A stretch of 64,000 nucleotides of DNA from Sphyrna mokarran (lineage: Eukaryota): NCBI GenBank assembly GCA_024679065.1, contig JAGIQG010000011.1:80042001-80106000 (forward strand), in the 5' to 3' direction. Each line of letters opens with the position of its first letter. Position 1 is the first letter of the stretch. A program made the translations under genes and the position numbers. The notes below the pieces were generated by a model that had not been told where the DNA came from, did not search any database, and saw only the letters and a program-made list of their open reading frames with translations. Positions 25,511 to 40,232 of this stretch are shown here, piece by piece.

Positions 25511-27112
25511 CTGAAACAATCTCAATCCCCACTTCCAATTCACTGCCACTAGAGAGAAGAAGGGATTCTCACGATGCTGTGGTAGGCACAGATTGTTCCT
25601 ACTCACTCAAAAGACAAACGTTGGAATAAGTGTTCACAACATGTGCCAGGAGCAGGCTGCTTCCTAATCTTTTTACACTCGATTCACATCAGAAAAAATT
25701 GTCCCCCATACTTTAACAGTGGATTTAAATTCAGCAGGGTTAGCGCAGAGGCAAATATTTGGCGAGATTAAACTTGTAAATCAGTCGTGCAAGCCTGAGC
25801 TAATTATTGCCTTTTAGACGAAGGTCAGGTCTAGTCATCAAATTTTGAAGTGAGACATATACTGGAACTGCAGTACTGCTGCAAAGTGACTCATTGCAAA
25901 TATAAGTGCACTTTGCATCACACGCTGATTTTACATTGTATGAGCCCAAGGAGTATGGCCCTGTAAAGAGTTCCTCATCAGCTAATGTAAAACTGTTGAA
26001 ATTCACAGCAGAGAGGTTGTTATCACCAGGCTACTAATCCAGAAACTCAGCTAATGTTCTGGGGACCCGGGTTTGAATCCTGCCAAGGCAGATAGTGGAA
26101 TTTGAATTTAATTGAAAGAAATATACATGGAGTTAAGAATCTACTGATGACCATGAAACCATTGTTGGAAAAACCCATCTCGTTCATTAATGTCCCTTAG
26201 GGAAAGAAACCTGCCATCCTTACCAGGTCACGTGACTCCAGAACCATAGCACTGTGATTGAATCTTAAATACCCTCAGGCAATTAGGGATGGGCAACAAA
26301 TGGTGACCCAGTGATTCCCATGAAAGAATATAAAAGAGAAAAAAAATTCCACCTCAATCTTTGCAGCAAACGTGTACTCCCAAGTATGATTTTATAGGAC
26401 AAATAAAATTGATCCTAGAATTAAAAAAAAAAGCCGAGAATTATTATTTGAATAATACTGAAAAAAAAAGACATAGTGCAAGGAAAAAACTTTGACAGTA
26501 TCAGGACAGAATCACAAGAATACTGAACACCAAAAGGAAATACATGTATTGCTTGAGAAGAAGGTGCATATTGGTTGGCACGTGGATTCCAATTGCCATG
26601 GGGAATGGACCAGGGAACAGTTAATTGTCAAGCTTTTGTTCAAATCCAAATTAGGCAGAGGACCAGGTAATACCTGTTACCCAAATTGTTGTTTAGTTGA
26701 AAAGGTGCGATGTGTGGACATCTCTGCAAAGATCAAATACATATGAAGCTTCCAACACACGAGCCACACTATGAGCCCAACTGAATCTTACATTGTGCTA
26801 AAAAAAAAAAAATACACTAGCAACCAGAGTTGCTGTCCAAGTGTTGTCGAGTCACAGGATTACAGAATGTTGGACACCATGCTCCGAGTTTTGCAAACAA
26901 AGGCTGGTCGGTGCAGTCGGTACTTTGCTTGTTGCAAACAGTCAAAAGGATGTGCTGCTTAATATCGTGCATCCGTCACTGAGGCCTACATACCTGGTAT
27001 CACACTGGCATTGAAATCCATACACACTACTCATTTTGTGGTGGGCAGAACGCCTTTTTGGTTTGACGGCAGCACCTTGTGGAGAACACCACATGCATTG
27101 CTGATATATAAT

Positions 27113-27310
27113 GTGGATTGGTTTAGCTCAGTTGGCTGAGCAGTTGGTTAGTAATGCACAATGGTGCTAATGGCACAGGTTCAATTCTTCAAAGGCAGCC
27201 TTCTCAACCTTGCCTCTTGCCAGAGGTGTGGTAATCCTCAGTTAAATCACCACTACCCTTTTAGGGGAGAGCAGCCTATAATTACCTGGAATTATAGCAA
27301 GTTTATCTTT
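27113..27310 (+). mobile_element. tRNA-derived SINE family D (also 12000-12210 -, head shared with 28150-28350 -)
   Basis: TTAGCTCAGTTGG..GGTTCAATTC head; body GGTAATCCTCAGTTAAATCACCA complementary to 12060-12090. Confidence 0.7.
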
Positions 27311-27749
27311 TACCTGCTACTGTGTAATAGCAGCATGAAATGGTTAGCTTGTTCATCATTCAGTTTTGCGGTACTTGCCATTCCAGAGTAATTGGAGGTA
27401 GACGGAGCACATTCTAAACCGAAAGGAGAAGCCTGTTAGGAGTTTGCACGTCACACAACAAGCAATAATCTAATCAGGATAGACAATTATCCTATGGATC
27501 CCACCCTATTATGGCCTCAAGCTTTCCTGGTCAACAAATGGCGTGGGACCTATTTACGAGATCACTGATAAAATCAATCTGATAGTTCAAGGAATTGTAG
27601 GAATGCCAACGTGTGTATTGACCAATGTAGGTGACTTGCGATAGCCTCTAACAGAGAATTCATCAGCATTTTTGTCAGCAAGCATCATTAATATTTGCAT
27701 TATTGATGATGGAACAGTTAACACACAATCAAAATGTATCATGGCTTGA

Positions 27750-28100
27750 ACACAAAAATCAAGCCTGATCCTCGGGTCCTGCAGTATTGCAACACTGTCA
27801 AGAGCTGTCGACTTTCAGATGAGGTGTTAAATCATGGCTCAGTCTGTCTGCTCAGGTGCACGTAAAAGATCCAGAAGCAGTATTTTGAGGAAGATCGGGG
27901 GAGTTATCCCCGAAGTCTTGGCCAATACTTATCCCCGTTCAATATCACCAAAGCAGCTTATCTGGCCATTACCGCACTGTGGTTTATGGGAGGTCATTGA
28001 GTCCCACTTTGTACTTTACAACAGCAACTACAATTCAAAAGTATTTCATTGACTGTAAAACACTGAGATGCTCAGTGTTGGTGGAAAGCCTGTAATAAAA
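27750..28100 (+). mobile_element. Deu-domain SINE (SacSINE1/AmnSINE1-like); other pieces ~8210-8360 -, 24540-24800 +, 61090-61290 +
   Basis: CTTTCAGATGAGGTGTTAAA..CTCAGGTGCACGTAAAAGATCC..GGAGTTATCCCC..GGCCAATACTTATCCC matches the Deu core as I recall it. Confidence 0.75.
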
Positions 28101-28429
28101 CTGTTCTGTTTTTTGCTATTTAGCTAAGGCAGTTGCCCAGTTATGTGACATGGGTAATCAGCCATAGTCCATAAAGGGCCATTACCATCGCGACACAATT
28201 GCTTACACACAGCTTTGGGACACTTCTCCGCTAGTGCCCGCAAGGCAAGGAGGCAGGTCTCCATGAACCCACAGCCGAAATAGGAGCTGGACCAGTGCCA
28301 TTGCCTTCGTTCTGCATCACATTCCAGCCATCTACCCAACTGATCTAATCCATCAGCATTTCATAGGGGGAACATTCATTTATATTGAAATATGATAGTG
28401 GCAATAACTTGTACCTACACACCAATTTT

Positions 28430-29000
28430 GCCTCTTTGGGCTTTTACAGAGGGCTTGTTAAGAAATATGACTAATAGCCTCGACAAAAAGACAGGTTTCT
28501 AAAGCCAGGTGGAGAAATGGTGAGTTTTAGAAAGGGAGAGGATGCCAAGAATTCAAGTGGAGTAACGTCTGTGGAATGGGGATGCACAGATGGCCAGAAT
28601 TGGAGGACAGAATGGTATTAACTGAGTCATAGCACTAGAGGAGAAGGATGCTGAAATAGAATGGGGGTGAGGCTGTGAGGAATTTGCTAACAAGGATTTC
28701 AGTGCCCTGGAAGATTGGGACCTGGTGGTATTTGGAGAGATCAAGGTGATGCCAAATATAAGTTTGTACAGGATGCATGTAGCTGAGCTTGGCACAACTG
28801 GCAGGTTGTGTAGAATGGATCTGGAGAGGCCAACAAAGGAAACTATTGCAGACTCCAACCCTGGATACAACACTGGTGCTGACATTGGCTTCAGAGACAA
28901 AGCGAAGGATGGGTAAACAACCGCAGTTCAAAGAAACTGAGCAGGATGCCCGAGGTTGCATAAAACTGGTTCTGCCCCAGACAGTATGCTGAGGAGGCAG
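28430..29000 (-). mobile_element. L2 LINE 3' fragment
   Basis: Similar degenerate L2 C-terminal region (QVPIFQGTEILVSKFLTA). Confidence 0.55.
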
Positions 29001-29789
29001 TGTGTCGGCGATAGAGATTCTGAAAGGAATATATAGGGATTAACGACCAAAGGAATCAAAAGGACATGATGTGTGTGTGTGTGATGGTGAGGTGGGGGTG
29101 GGGGAGACAGGCGGATGGGAGAGGAGTTGGATGATTAGCTATGCTCATAATGAATAGCAGAACAGGCTTGAAGGACCAAATGGCCTACTCCTGCTCCTAT
29201 TCTCTCTTTTTCCATGAATGTATTTGACTTTTCTAGTATTCAGCTGGTTCATCCTTTACTTGATGTCAGTTTAGTAGGCAGACAATGTATTCATTGAGAG
29301 CAGTGGAAGGGTTGCAGCTTGACATACAAGTGGAAATTGACCCCCATGTGTGAGAATAATGCCGCTGAGGGCTGACATGATATTGGAAATTGAATTAATG
29401 TGCCACTAATAGTACCCATGCTATGCCTCATAAATGTAACTTTAAAAAAAGTGATTTATTTTGCTGAAGTCAACATGTGGCCAATATAAACAAGAACACG
29501 AAGTAAAGTTCAAAAGGTTTGCATGCCCAAATTCCCCTGGCAATTGCTTTACTAAAGTGCCTTCACTGCAACTGTGAGGTCATTAAATAAAACCTTCCTG
29601 ATGCAGCCTTCACATGTCAACTGACTCGGAACTGATAAAACTCAATTGTTTCACAAAGAGGGAAAAGAACTTCAGCACTGAGGAGTAGAATTCTAGGTAC
29701 TTCAGTAATAGGAATCAAACCTATTTCAGGAATGTCACCAGTACAGTTTCCCTGAGGACCAAGTTTTGTGATTTTTCAAAGAACTTAAT

Positions 29790-30085
29790 CATGGAATCTT
29801 AACTGTGCAGGAGCAGGGTGGGATGGGGGGTCATTTGACCCTTCAGGCCTGCGTCAACAATAGTCCCACCCAGGCTGTATCCCCGTAACCCCATGTATTT
29901 ACCCCGCTAATCCCCCTGATTCCAAGGGTGTCAGTTTAGCATGGCCAATCAACCCAACCCGCACATTATTAAATTATGGGAGGGAACCAGAGCACTCGGA
30001 GGTAACCCACGCAGGCATGGGGAAAACGTGCAGATTTCACGCAATCACCCAAGGCTGGAATTGAACCCAGGTCCCTGGTGCCATC
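29790..30085 (-). mobile_element. HE1-type V-SINE
   Basis: Diverged copy. Confidence 0.85.
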
Positions 30086-33000
30086 ATGCCGAGATTATTG
30101 ATTATGTACATTATTCAGATTTTTTTTTAAATACAAAGAATTTTTATGTGTCAACATCAAGTTTGCTCTCATCAGCAGAAGAATCTAGCCAGAGAGCATC
30201 CGTCCTCTGAGATGAAATGTCCATTGCTACATCACAGCTCAATTCCAAACTTAGGGAAATACACCAACTTTGTAATGGAACATTTGATTTATCATTCCAG
30301 TTTTTCAGAAGTAATTTCAAAGATATATTGCCAGTTGTGTCAGATGACGAATAGGTAACTGCTGTTCAGCTAGGAACAGTATTAAACATCCAAGGGTTCT
30401 CACCTTGATCAGCTCATTAATCTTTGATGGAATCAATGTGCCGAGCTATAAAGTGTACAGTATAATATACTGTCTCACCAAATCTCTCAGGGTTGTTAAT
30501 AGAACCCTATAATGGTTACAAGACAAAGAGTCATTTGGTCCATTATGCCTGTCTGCAAGAGCTTCACAGCTTGTCCAACTCTCGAAGTTTTTCCCTGTAG
30601 CCATGCAAATATTTCCCGCTTGGATAATTATCCAATTGTCTTTTGAAAGCCACGATTGACTCAGTGTCCACCACACTTCATAGTCAATGCATTCCAGATC
30701 CTAACCACTTGCTGCATAAAAAGGTTTTCAAACATACACATGAATTGGGAAGAGGAGTCCACTCAGCTCCTCAAGCCTGTTCTATCATTCAATAAGACTC
30801 TGCTCGCCACATTCCTAACTACCCCCAATAACCTTTCACCTCCTTGTTTACCAAGAATCAATCTAGCTCCCGTCTTAAAAATATTCAAAGAATTTTCTTT
30901 CACCACCTACATTTATTTATTAGTCAATTAACACTGCAATAAAGTTACTGCGAAAAACCCCGAGACACCACACCCAGGCACCTGTTTGAGTACACTGAGG
31001 AAGAATTTAACATGACCAAAGCAGCTAATCAGCACGTCTTTCGGACTGTGGGAGGAAATCAGCATATCCACAGGAAACAATGCAGACCCAGGGAGAACAT
31101 GCAAACTCCACACAAATTCCTATTCCCAAGGTGGGAATTGAACCCGGGTCCCTGGTGCTGTAAGGCTGCAGTGCTAAGCACTGTGTCACTGTGCCGTGGA
31201 GAAGATACAAAGTAATTCAATGGACCCGAAACTTGAATTTGATCTTCTCCTCACGTCCTCCAATCTTTCTTCATTAACGGAGGTCCCTCAACCCTGTAAA
31301 AATTTTTTGGCGCCATTTTAAGGCCTTCACATACTTCCTAAAGTGTGGCATCCAAGATTTGACACAATACTTCGGCGGAGGTTGAACCAGGTGTTTCAGA
31401 AAGGTGAAACTTCCTTGCTTTAATTCTCTCTAATTATAGTTATGAGAGTTGGCAGAGTTGATGGCGGAACACTGAAACTTAGGAAACCACACTTGACTCA
31501 AATTAAGAGACAATGCAAAACATTGCTTTAAAGTCACCTTGGTAAAAGTGTCTTGCAATACCGGTGTATAAGAGACCAGATCTGCAATACAGCGATTACA
31601 AACCATTTCAGATCGCAACAATTGTTTCTCAAATCTCATTTCTATTTTTCGATTTAAACGTAAAATTGGAAAAGCAGGTTTGCGGAGAAAGGAAATCTTC
31701 AGCACAAACTGAACCCAGCATTGAAGGGTATTAAATAGCGACGGTATTGTGAACCAGTCCCTAATCGCAGAGCGCAGAAGTAGGCCATTTGGCCAATGAT
31801 GTCCTTTGAAAGAACTTCCTGGTTAGCTCCATTCTTGTTGCCACATAGTCCTTTCGAAAAAATCCAAACAAGCGCCACAGTGCAAAAAAAAAAGACCATT
31901 CGGCCTATCGAGTCTGCACTGACTCTCCAAAACAGCATCCCACCCAGACCCTCCCCTGTGCCCTATCCTTGTAACTCTGAACATTTACCATTCAATCTAC
32001 ACATCTTTGGAAATTAAGAGGCAATTTAGCATGGCCAGTTCTCCTAAACTTTCCTTTTTGAAAAGAACAGGAGTAGGCCATTTAGCCTCTCAGGCCTCTT
32101 CTGCCAGTCAATGATATGATTGCTGACCTGTCACCTAACTCAACGGACCCACTTCAACTCCGTAACCTTAATACTTTTCATTGGTCCTTGCTAACTAATC
32201 TCAGCATTAAAATTAACAACTGACTGAGCAATAATTTTTCAAACAGATATCCAATGAATTAAGAAAAGCCTCTCACTCTGCCAGGTACACTGTAGCTTCT
32301 CTGAGCGACCTTGCCATTCACTGCTGAATGAAATGTAGCTTTGCACTGGGGCCCGTAGGAACCAGAAACTGTATGAAGACAACTCAAATGCATTTCAAAT
32401 CTGGATTTAAACCTCAGCCACGAGGACAAAAGGGCGGTACTTAAACCATCTAATTGATGGCGCGTGAGGCAGGAGGTTCAACAAACTTCCAACTTTGGCT
32501 CTTCAAGATAAGGAAACTCAGTTGGTCTTATTTGTTTCTTTACATTCCTACTTCTTTGCTTCTGAAGGGAATTAAGAGAGTTGGGATAGAAAATGGGGAA
32601 GCAGAATCATAGAATAATACAGTACAAGAGGCCATTCAGCCCATTAGGTCTACATTGGTTCTTCGAAACAGCCATGATGTGAGTGAACGGTCGTATAGGA
32701 TAGTCTAGTCCTAATATTTCTGATGCTCTTAACACCAGCATTGCTGCACTGAAGGTTGCCAGGAGACAAAATGTGGCATTTTAATTCCTTTCGGGAACTG
32801 TCACGAGGACAAATGTGGAATAGCATAATGCTTTCTTAATTAAATCTTCTGCTGTCTACCACATTAAAAGCACAACATTGCAAACGGCAAATTTATTTCC
32901 ATACTTTGCAAATCTATTGAGAATTCTTGCATAATTAAAATGACACGGCCCTCAAAATTGCACAACTGTACGAAACGCATGAAATAATTTGCTGGGAATG

Positions 33001-35594
33001 GATGTAGGTCAAAGGTTTTGTATTTGAATTGTACAGTTCACTAGGTTTGAACTGTGTTCTTTTATTTCTGGGGTCTAGGTTCAGAGCACGCAGAGACTAT
33101 TGATGCTGACAGATCGCCTCTGGCTCAAAGACCTTTGGACAGCATGTATCAAGAATCTAGTATATGTGATTCCAAGCTAATCGACTATAAGAATGTTGGT
33201 CTCACTTGAGGAAAGTACAAGGAAGGGTGGTACGAGATATAAAACACTGCATTTTTTGTAACCTGGGGCTGGGAGCAAAGGCACATCTTGGAAATCGAGT
33301 ACAGGGAGACTTACCTGTCAGAAATGCTGTTTTAACAACAAATATCATAATCAGTTTCTGAATTTCTTTGTGAAGGGAAAGGGTTTAATAAGTTAGTGGC
33401 GGGGGTTGGGGGGAATCCTTGTTCGGCACTTCAAAAACTGGGTCCTACGATATGCTGCACTGCACTCAGGTCATCATTTATAAGCAGCTTCTACATGGCA
33501 TGGTGCTGCAAAAAATATTTTAAAGTTTATTTATTACTGCCACAAGTAGCTCTACATTAACACTGCAATGAAGTTACTGTGAAAATCCTCTTGTCGCCAT
33601 AACTCTGTTTGGATAACCAAAGGAGAATTTGTTAGCGTGGCTAATGCATCCAACCAGCACGTTTTTTGAATTGTGTCGAGGAAACCCACCCAGACACGGG
33701 AGAGCATGCAGACTCTGCACAGATCATGACCTAAGCTGGGAATCGAATCTGGATCCTTGGTGATGTGAGGCAGTTGTACTAATTACTGTAGCAATGTTCA
33801 AGCCACATTCAAATATTCAAAGCATGCAATGTTATTTCAGCCACTAAAGCAACTTGCAGGTATCATGACACAATGTTAAGCTCCAAATTCAACTGAGAAT
33901 CGTACTGAAGCGAGCTCCAACTATTGGTCATACGTGAATACGTATCGAGAATACGTTTAGTCTCTGTTCATTTGTTTCAAATAAAATTTGATTATAGCTG
34001 ATTGGATGTATAATTAGACATGCTTTTCATGCTGTTACAAGCCAAAGAGACTTTAATAAGGAAATTAGCTACACTTACAATCATATTCCTGTGAAGGGTT
34101 TTGGATAATTTTTTTATTATGGTAAAAGATGCCACACAAAAACAAGTCTGGATACTAGTGACGTTAAAGGACATGGGGATAGAGAGAAAAAACGTGATAA
34201 GGGTAAATGATCAGCATCATCTCTATAGGGATATGTTTGGCACAACTTTGTGGGCCGAAGGGTCTGCATTGTGCTGTAATTTTTCTATGTTTCTATGAAT
34301 GGCAAAGTGGCCTCAACGGGCCAAATGGAGTACTCGTGCTCCTTCCCCCCCCAACCCCACCATGTTTCTAAGTTGCTGCAGCAACAATTGACTCTAAAAT
34401 TCTGAACATAATGAAGGTTTTAAACAGGTAGTCAAAAAAAAATGAAATGCTTCTTTACTCGGTATCCCTGGTGACCAACAATAGTTGTTTGGGAGTATGG
34501 AACTTCTGAAAAGAGAGACAATTTTTGTTGAAGCTTTTTGTCTTTAATGTCCTGATGAACGCAGGCTGAAAAATTTTATTTTTTTTTCAATAAAATGACC
34601 TACAATAATTGATTGTAGGGGATGGGAAATACGTTTTTTTTTTGTTGATAGCAATTGCTGCAATGCCCAGTATGAAAAGCATTAAATTTAATGGTCCTAC
34701 AGCAAGGGTACGATTTTGAAGAAATGAGAAAATGCCTCTAAGACAGGATATAATTTCCCCTGTTTGTAAAAAGAAATATCACCCAAAGCACAACTACTGG
34801 CACAACTCCAGTTCACAGTGTGACAAAAGAGTGGATGGGACAACAGTTTCTTGTAATACAAAAAGGAAAAAAAAACATATTGAATACTCTGATACTGAAA
34901 CAGAATATATCGAAAAGGGCAAATGCAAATTTATCTGCTTCTGTGGTGAGCACAGTAGAACACATCCTCAAACATTTCATTAGTCACAAGTAAGGTTTAC
35001 ATTATCACTGCAATGAAGTTACTGTGAAATTCTCCTAGTTGCCACATTCCGGTGCCTGTTCAGGTTAGTGCATGTCTTCCAGAATGTCGAGGAACCCCGA
35101 GCACCCAGAGGAAACCCACGCAGACATGGCGATAACATGCAAACTCCACACAGACAGTGACCCAAGCTGGGAATCGAACCCAAGTCCCTGGCGTTGTGAA
35201 GCAGCAGTGCTAACCACAATGCCATCCCATTAAACAATTCCTCTGCCAGTAGTTCACTGACATATTGTGTACATCCAGCATTGAGTTTTTTTTTACTCAA
35301 TGACCAGGATTCTCCGGTGTCGCTACTGTGAGAACAGAGAATTTGGTGCTCTGCCAAATATCCATTCACTGCAGTGGGAAGGGAGAATCCCAGCTGTGTG
35401 TGAGGCCAGAGAATTCTGACTAATATCTTTTGGGTGGAGTTCTGGAAATAAGACATGCAAAATGCAAGTTTGTAAAAAAAAAACACAATTCAAAATATTA
35501 ACAAATAGACTTTGCAGTACATAGTGAGGTTCTATCCGAATTAATATTTCAATAATCTTTCTGCAACTTAAAAAAACTGCACTTTTCGGAGTTA

Positions 35595-35816
<222 letters not shown>

Positions 35817-35881
35817 TTAGTTTAACCTGCAACATGTAGAAGGATAGAAAACATTGTTAAAATCAAAACTTTGTTTTTACT

Positions 35882-36093
35882 GTAAAGGTCATTGTTGTGG
35901 GGGGCAATTTCTTCACAATGCTCAAGGGCTCACATATTAGGAAAGGCAAAGAGGGAGCAAAGGTGCAAAGAGGTAGACTCAAGATGATATAAAGGCAATT
36001 GCTGTGGGCAATTTCTTCACAATGCTCTTGGGTTGACATGTTAGGAAAAGCTAAGGGGATACAAAGATGCTAAGAGGGGGATTCAAGGTGATG
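35882..36093. repeat. Diverged ~105-bp tandem duplication
   Basis: GGGCAATTTCTTCACAATGCTC...TTAGGAAA...TCAAG(A/G)TGAT occurs twice. Confidence 0.8.
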
Positions 36094-36594
36094 TGTGTTC
36101 ACAAATTATGAAATTCTGTTCAACCATTTGTTAATTGAACATTTTCCAATGTTTCTACCTTCAAAAAGTTGCATACTTTCCAAAGTCTATGCAGTGCCAC
36201 TGGGAGAATTTTTAAAAATTCTCCCCACTGTGCCTCCATGTCTGTAAGCTCATTCAGTTCTTCAGCTAACTGAGATATCGCTCCTCCTTTCAATTTTAGC
36301 CTCCTGCACATTCCTAGGTTTTACTGCTCTACAATTGGCAGCTGCCTTTGCTCTAAACTGTGAAATTCCATATCTAAACCTTGCCAGCTTTTTACCTGCC
36401 AATTCAATTACTGTTTTTAAAAGAGTTTTCACCTTGATGTTTCTCTCACTTATGTTCTTACCCTACCTATTTATAATCTACAGTAACTCCCACGGAACTT
36501 ATTGTGCCAATTGCCAATCTTCTTTCCCTTGCCAGAGCCTTCAGTGGCCTTGGCTGCAGGCTCTGAAATTTTTCCCAAAACCACCACGATTCTC

Positions 36595-36915
36595 ATAGAA
36601 TCTTAGAAAGCCTGCAATGCAGAAGGAGGCCATTCGGCCCAGCAACTCTGCACCAAGTCTGCGACAAAGCAGCTTACCCATGTCCACCCCACCCTATTGC
36701 TATAACCCCATGTATTTACCCCATATCTCTTTAAGCACAAAAAGAGCACATTAGCAAGGCCAATCCACCTAATCCAAACATCTTTGGACTGTGGACGGAA
36801 ACTGGAGCACCTGAAGGAAACCCACACAGACATGGGGAGAATGAACAAATTCCACAGTCACTCAAAACTAGAATCGAACTCTGGTCTCTGGTGCTGAGAG
36901 GCAGAAGTACCACAG
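36595..36915 (-). mobile_element. HE1-type V-SINE
   Basis: Full length. Confidence 0.88.
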
Positions 36916-38639
36916 TACTACATCATCTCTCTATCTCCCTTCCACTTTGACTTAAATGGGAGATTCCTTATTTTTATTTTGTGTCCCCTCGTACTATTAG
37001 AGAATGTCAAGAATATCTTCCCAGCCATTGCTTGGTAGTCGGATCGTCCAGTCCCACTGATGTCAATGACTTTAGCTGCATTCTCCCAAGCTGGAAAATT
37101 TCAGCCTTTGGAATTCTTTTTCCTGGAAAACGGTGAACGAATATCTTTGAAGCGAAGATAGAAAGGTTCTTAACCAATAAGAGAGTAAAGGTTATCGGGG
37201 TAGGTGGAATGTGAAATTGAAGCCCCAATCAGCTCAGACACATATTTATTGAAAGGTGAAGCAGATCCAAGGGGCTGAATGGCTTGCTGCTGCCTCTAAT
37301 TCACATCTTCATACATTAATACTTTCCCTAATAGCCACACCACCTTTCAACAACCTTATGGCTACCCTTTCTCAGTTCCATTCAGCCCACCAACCTCGCA
37401 CCGATAACAATCCCAATCCAGGCCCTGCAATGAGCTTGTGTATTTATCCTGCTCGCCCCCTAACCCCGACAATAAGAGACAATTTACCACGGCCAAACAA
37501 CCCTAACCCGACCTGAATTTTAGATCACCAGTTCTATTGTTACATACTAGACTCACACTATCGCACAAGTAGGTACTGGGAAAATACCTACGGCTACAAA
37601 TGCAACATGTTTGAGCTGCTTTTGAAAGCAACCGATGTTACTGAACCAGGAGAAGCTATTTCCAGCAGAGATAAGCCACCTGAAGCCACTAACTTCGGAA
37701 ACTGCTTGGAAACAGAAACAACAAAAAAAATTTAGCTATCAAACTGCAAAATTCAGCCATTTCTGGACACAAGAAAACACAGAGTTACAGATATTAGGAA
37801 GCATTGAGGTGCGGTACTTGCACCTTGTGATTCAGACAAGATTTTAATTAATTTATGGGACATGGGCATCATTGGCTGACTAGTATTCATTGCCCTTCGC
37901 CTACCTGCCTAACGGCAGTCAAGAATCAGCTACATTGCCGTGACTCTGAAGTCACATGTAGGCCAGACCAGGTAAGGATGGCAGATTTTTTTCCCTGAAG
38001 AACATTAGTGAACCAGATGGGTTTTTTCTGACAATCGACAATGGTTTCATGGTCATCAGTCGATTCTTTATTCTAGGTTTTTAAAAATTGAAGTCAAATT
38101 CCACCATCTGCTGTGGTGGGATTCGAATCCAGGTCACCAGAACATTAGCTGAGTTTCTGGATTAATGGTCTAGTGATAATACTATCAGGCCATCGCCTCC
38201 CTAAATCCACTTGAACATCTGAAGCGATTTCATTTTTTTTTAAGGATTGCACACAAAAAGCAAGTCCTTTTGAAAAGTCAAGTGACGGTTACTGTTGGCA
38301 GGGTTGAATGTGTATTTTTGAAAACATTGAGAAATTATGCAGTGTTTGGGGTACATGGAACTCAAAAAAATGATTCAATGGAACTGCTCAGTGCTATTAT
38401 AGACTAACAACAACCCAGTTACACTTTTCAGGCATTCATTAAAATTAATAACATAAAAAAGCTTACACAAACTAGAATACTTCAGAAGCTTCACAGCGTC
38501 ACATTCATGGGTTGAGCAAAAAAAATTGACATTCAGACCGACAGAAACACAAGTATTGCTGAGGAGTTTGAAGCAGACTGGATAACGTTAGTATAATAGT
38601 GTCTTTGTGAGTTAGGCAAAAAAAATTGTGCCTTGCAGA

Positions 38640-39350
38640 TGGCTGTGTTGTACTGTTGTTCTATAACAAGAGACCCATTAACAATACGGGGCTATATAGG
38701 AGATCAGCAATTGCAGTTCAGGTTAGGACTCACCGAATTAACAATCTATTTAAAGAAAAAGTTTTGCTCATTGTTTTCTCTCCTTGCTCAGTTAACGGGA
38801 GTTAAGAAAGAGCTAAGGAACGAAGAGTTTAATTGGAAGATCTTCGCAACAGGGGAAGAAAATGAATGCAGTAGTTCATTGTTACCAATGACTCTCCAGT
38901 TGCTCCTAAAAGGTGCAAGTTTGATCGGAGTCGGACACATCTAGTTCCCACTTCTCCCAGTTGCTGCATACAGCTTTCATGAAATGTTGATTTTACCAGT
39001 GAGGTCACATGCCTTCATTTCCTTCCTGATTTCGCAAGTCCCTATTCTCTACCTCATTAAATCTCAAAATCTCACAATTCACTGACTTGGCAGCGAGGGG
39101 ACTTATTCTCAAAAACATTGCCAGTTCCGCCAAGTGGTATTCAAATTGATACATCAATTTTCCCCTCCCTCTGGACGAGAGGACTGCTATTGCCAATTCC
39201 ACCAAGTAGTGTAAAAATTCATAGACGTCAATTTTTAATTGATTCACTTTGCTCTCAAAGCCCGCTATCTCAGCCTGCTATACGATATTCACTTTCTCCC
39301 GTTGACATCAAGTTCCTCAGGTAATTTGATTCAATGTATGCTTCATCATC
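38640..39350 (-). mobile_element. Old CR1 RT fragment
   Basis: Degenerate CR1 RT/C-terminal motifs (KCEIL.F, RDLG-like). Confidence 0.55.
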
Positions 39351-39964
39351 CAATCTTAAAAAAAAAATCCAACTCCACAGTATTCAGTTCTCCAACCCAA
39401 CTTTTTGCAGCTGCCAGAGACCATAATATACACAAAAATATTACTTCGAAAGGCCCAGATTAACAAGTGTCAATTCACATGGATTGGCAAATGATACGTT
39501 GCTGTTGATGAATTTATTTAGAACATAGAACATTACAGCACAAACAGGCCCTTCAGCCCACAAATTGTGCTGATCATATCAGTACCTACCAGGCCATAGA
39601 AATATCTGTAACTCCCAATCCCATTAAATCCCATGTACTCATCCAGAAGTCTCTTAAAAGACCCCAGCGAGTTCGCCTCTACTACCATTGACGGCAGCCG
39701 ATTCCGTTCACGTTCATTTGTGTTATTTAAGAAAAGAACAGAAACTTATGAAAGAAATTGAAACATGCACATTAATTATAAATGGCCAGCACCAATAGGA
39801 GGTTGGCCAAAAGGCAGAGTAATAGTGAACAAAGGCTTCTCAAACAAGAGGGACATGAATAGTGGTGATGCTCTCACACAATGTCAAAACCATTGCACTT
39901 CTCAATAACTCAACGAAACCAACATAGGAATATAATAGTAAAAACACACATAAAAATAGATTCA

Positions 39965-40232
39965 TAGAACATAAAATCCCTACAGTGCAGAGGATGGCCA
40001 TTCAGCCCATCAAGTCTGTACAATCACAATCCCATCCAGGCTGTATTCCTGTACTCCCTCATATTTACACTGCTAATATCACTGACACTAGCGTTAATTT
40101 AGCATGGCCAATCAACTTAACTTGCAGACCTTTGGACTGTGGAAGGAAACCAGAGCACCCGGAGGAAACCCATGCAGACACGGGGAGAATGAAAATTCCA
40201 ACAGTCAGTGACCCGAGACCAGGTCCCTGGCA
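39965..40232 (-). mobile_element. HE1-type V-SINE
   Basis: Near full length. Confidence 0.88.

Noticed and set aside
27113-27190. tRNA-like A/B boxes here and in other SINE heads
   Set aside because: Continue into SINE bodies; no complete cloverleaf evident.
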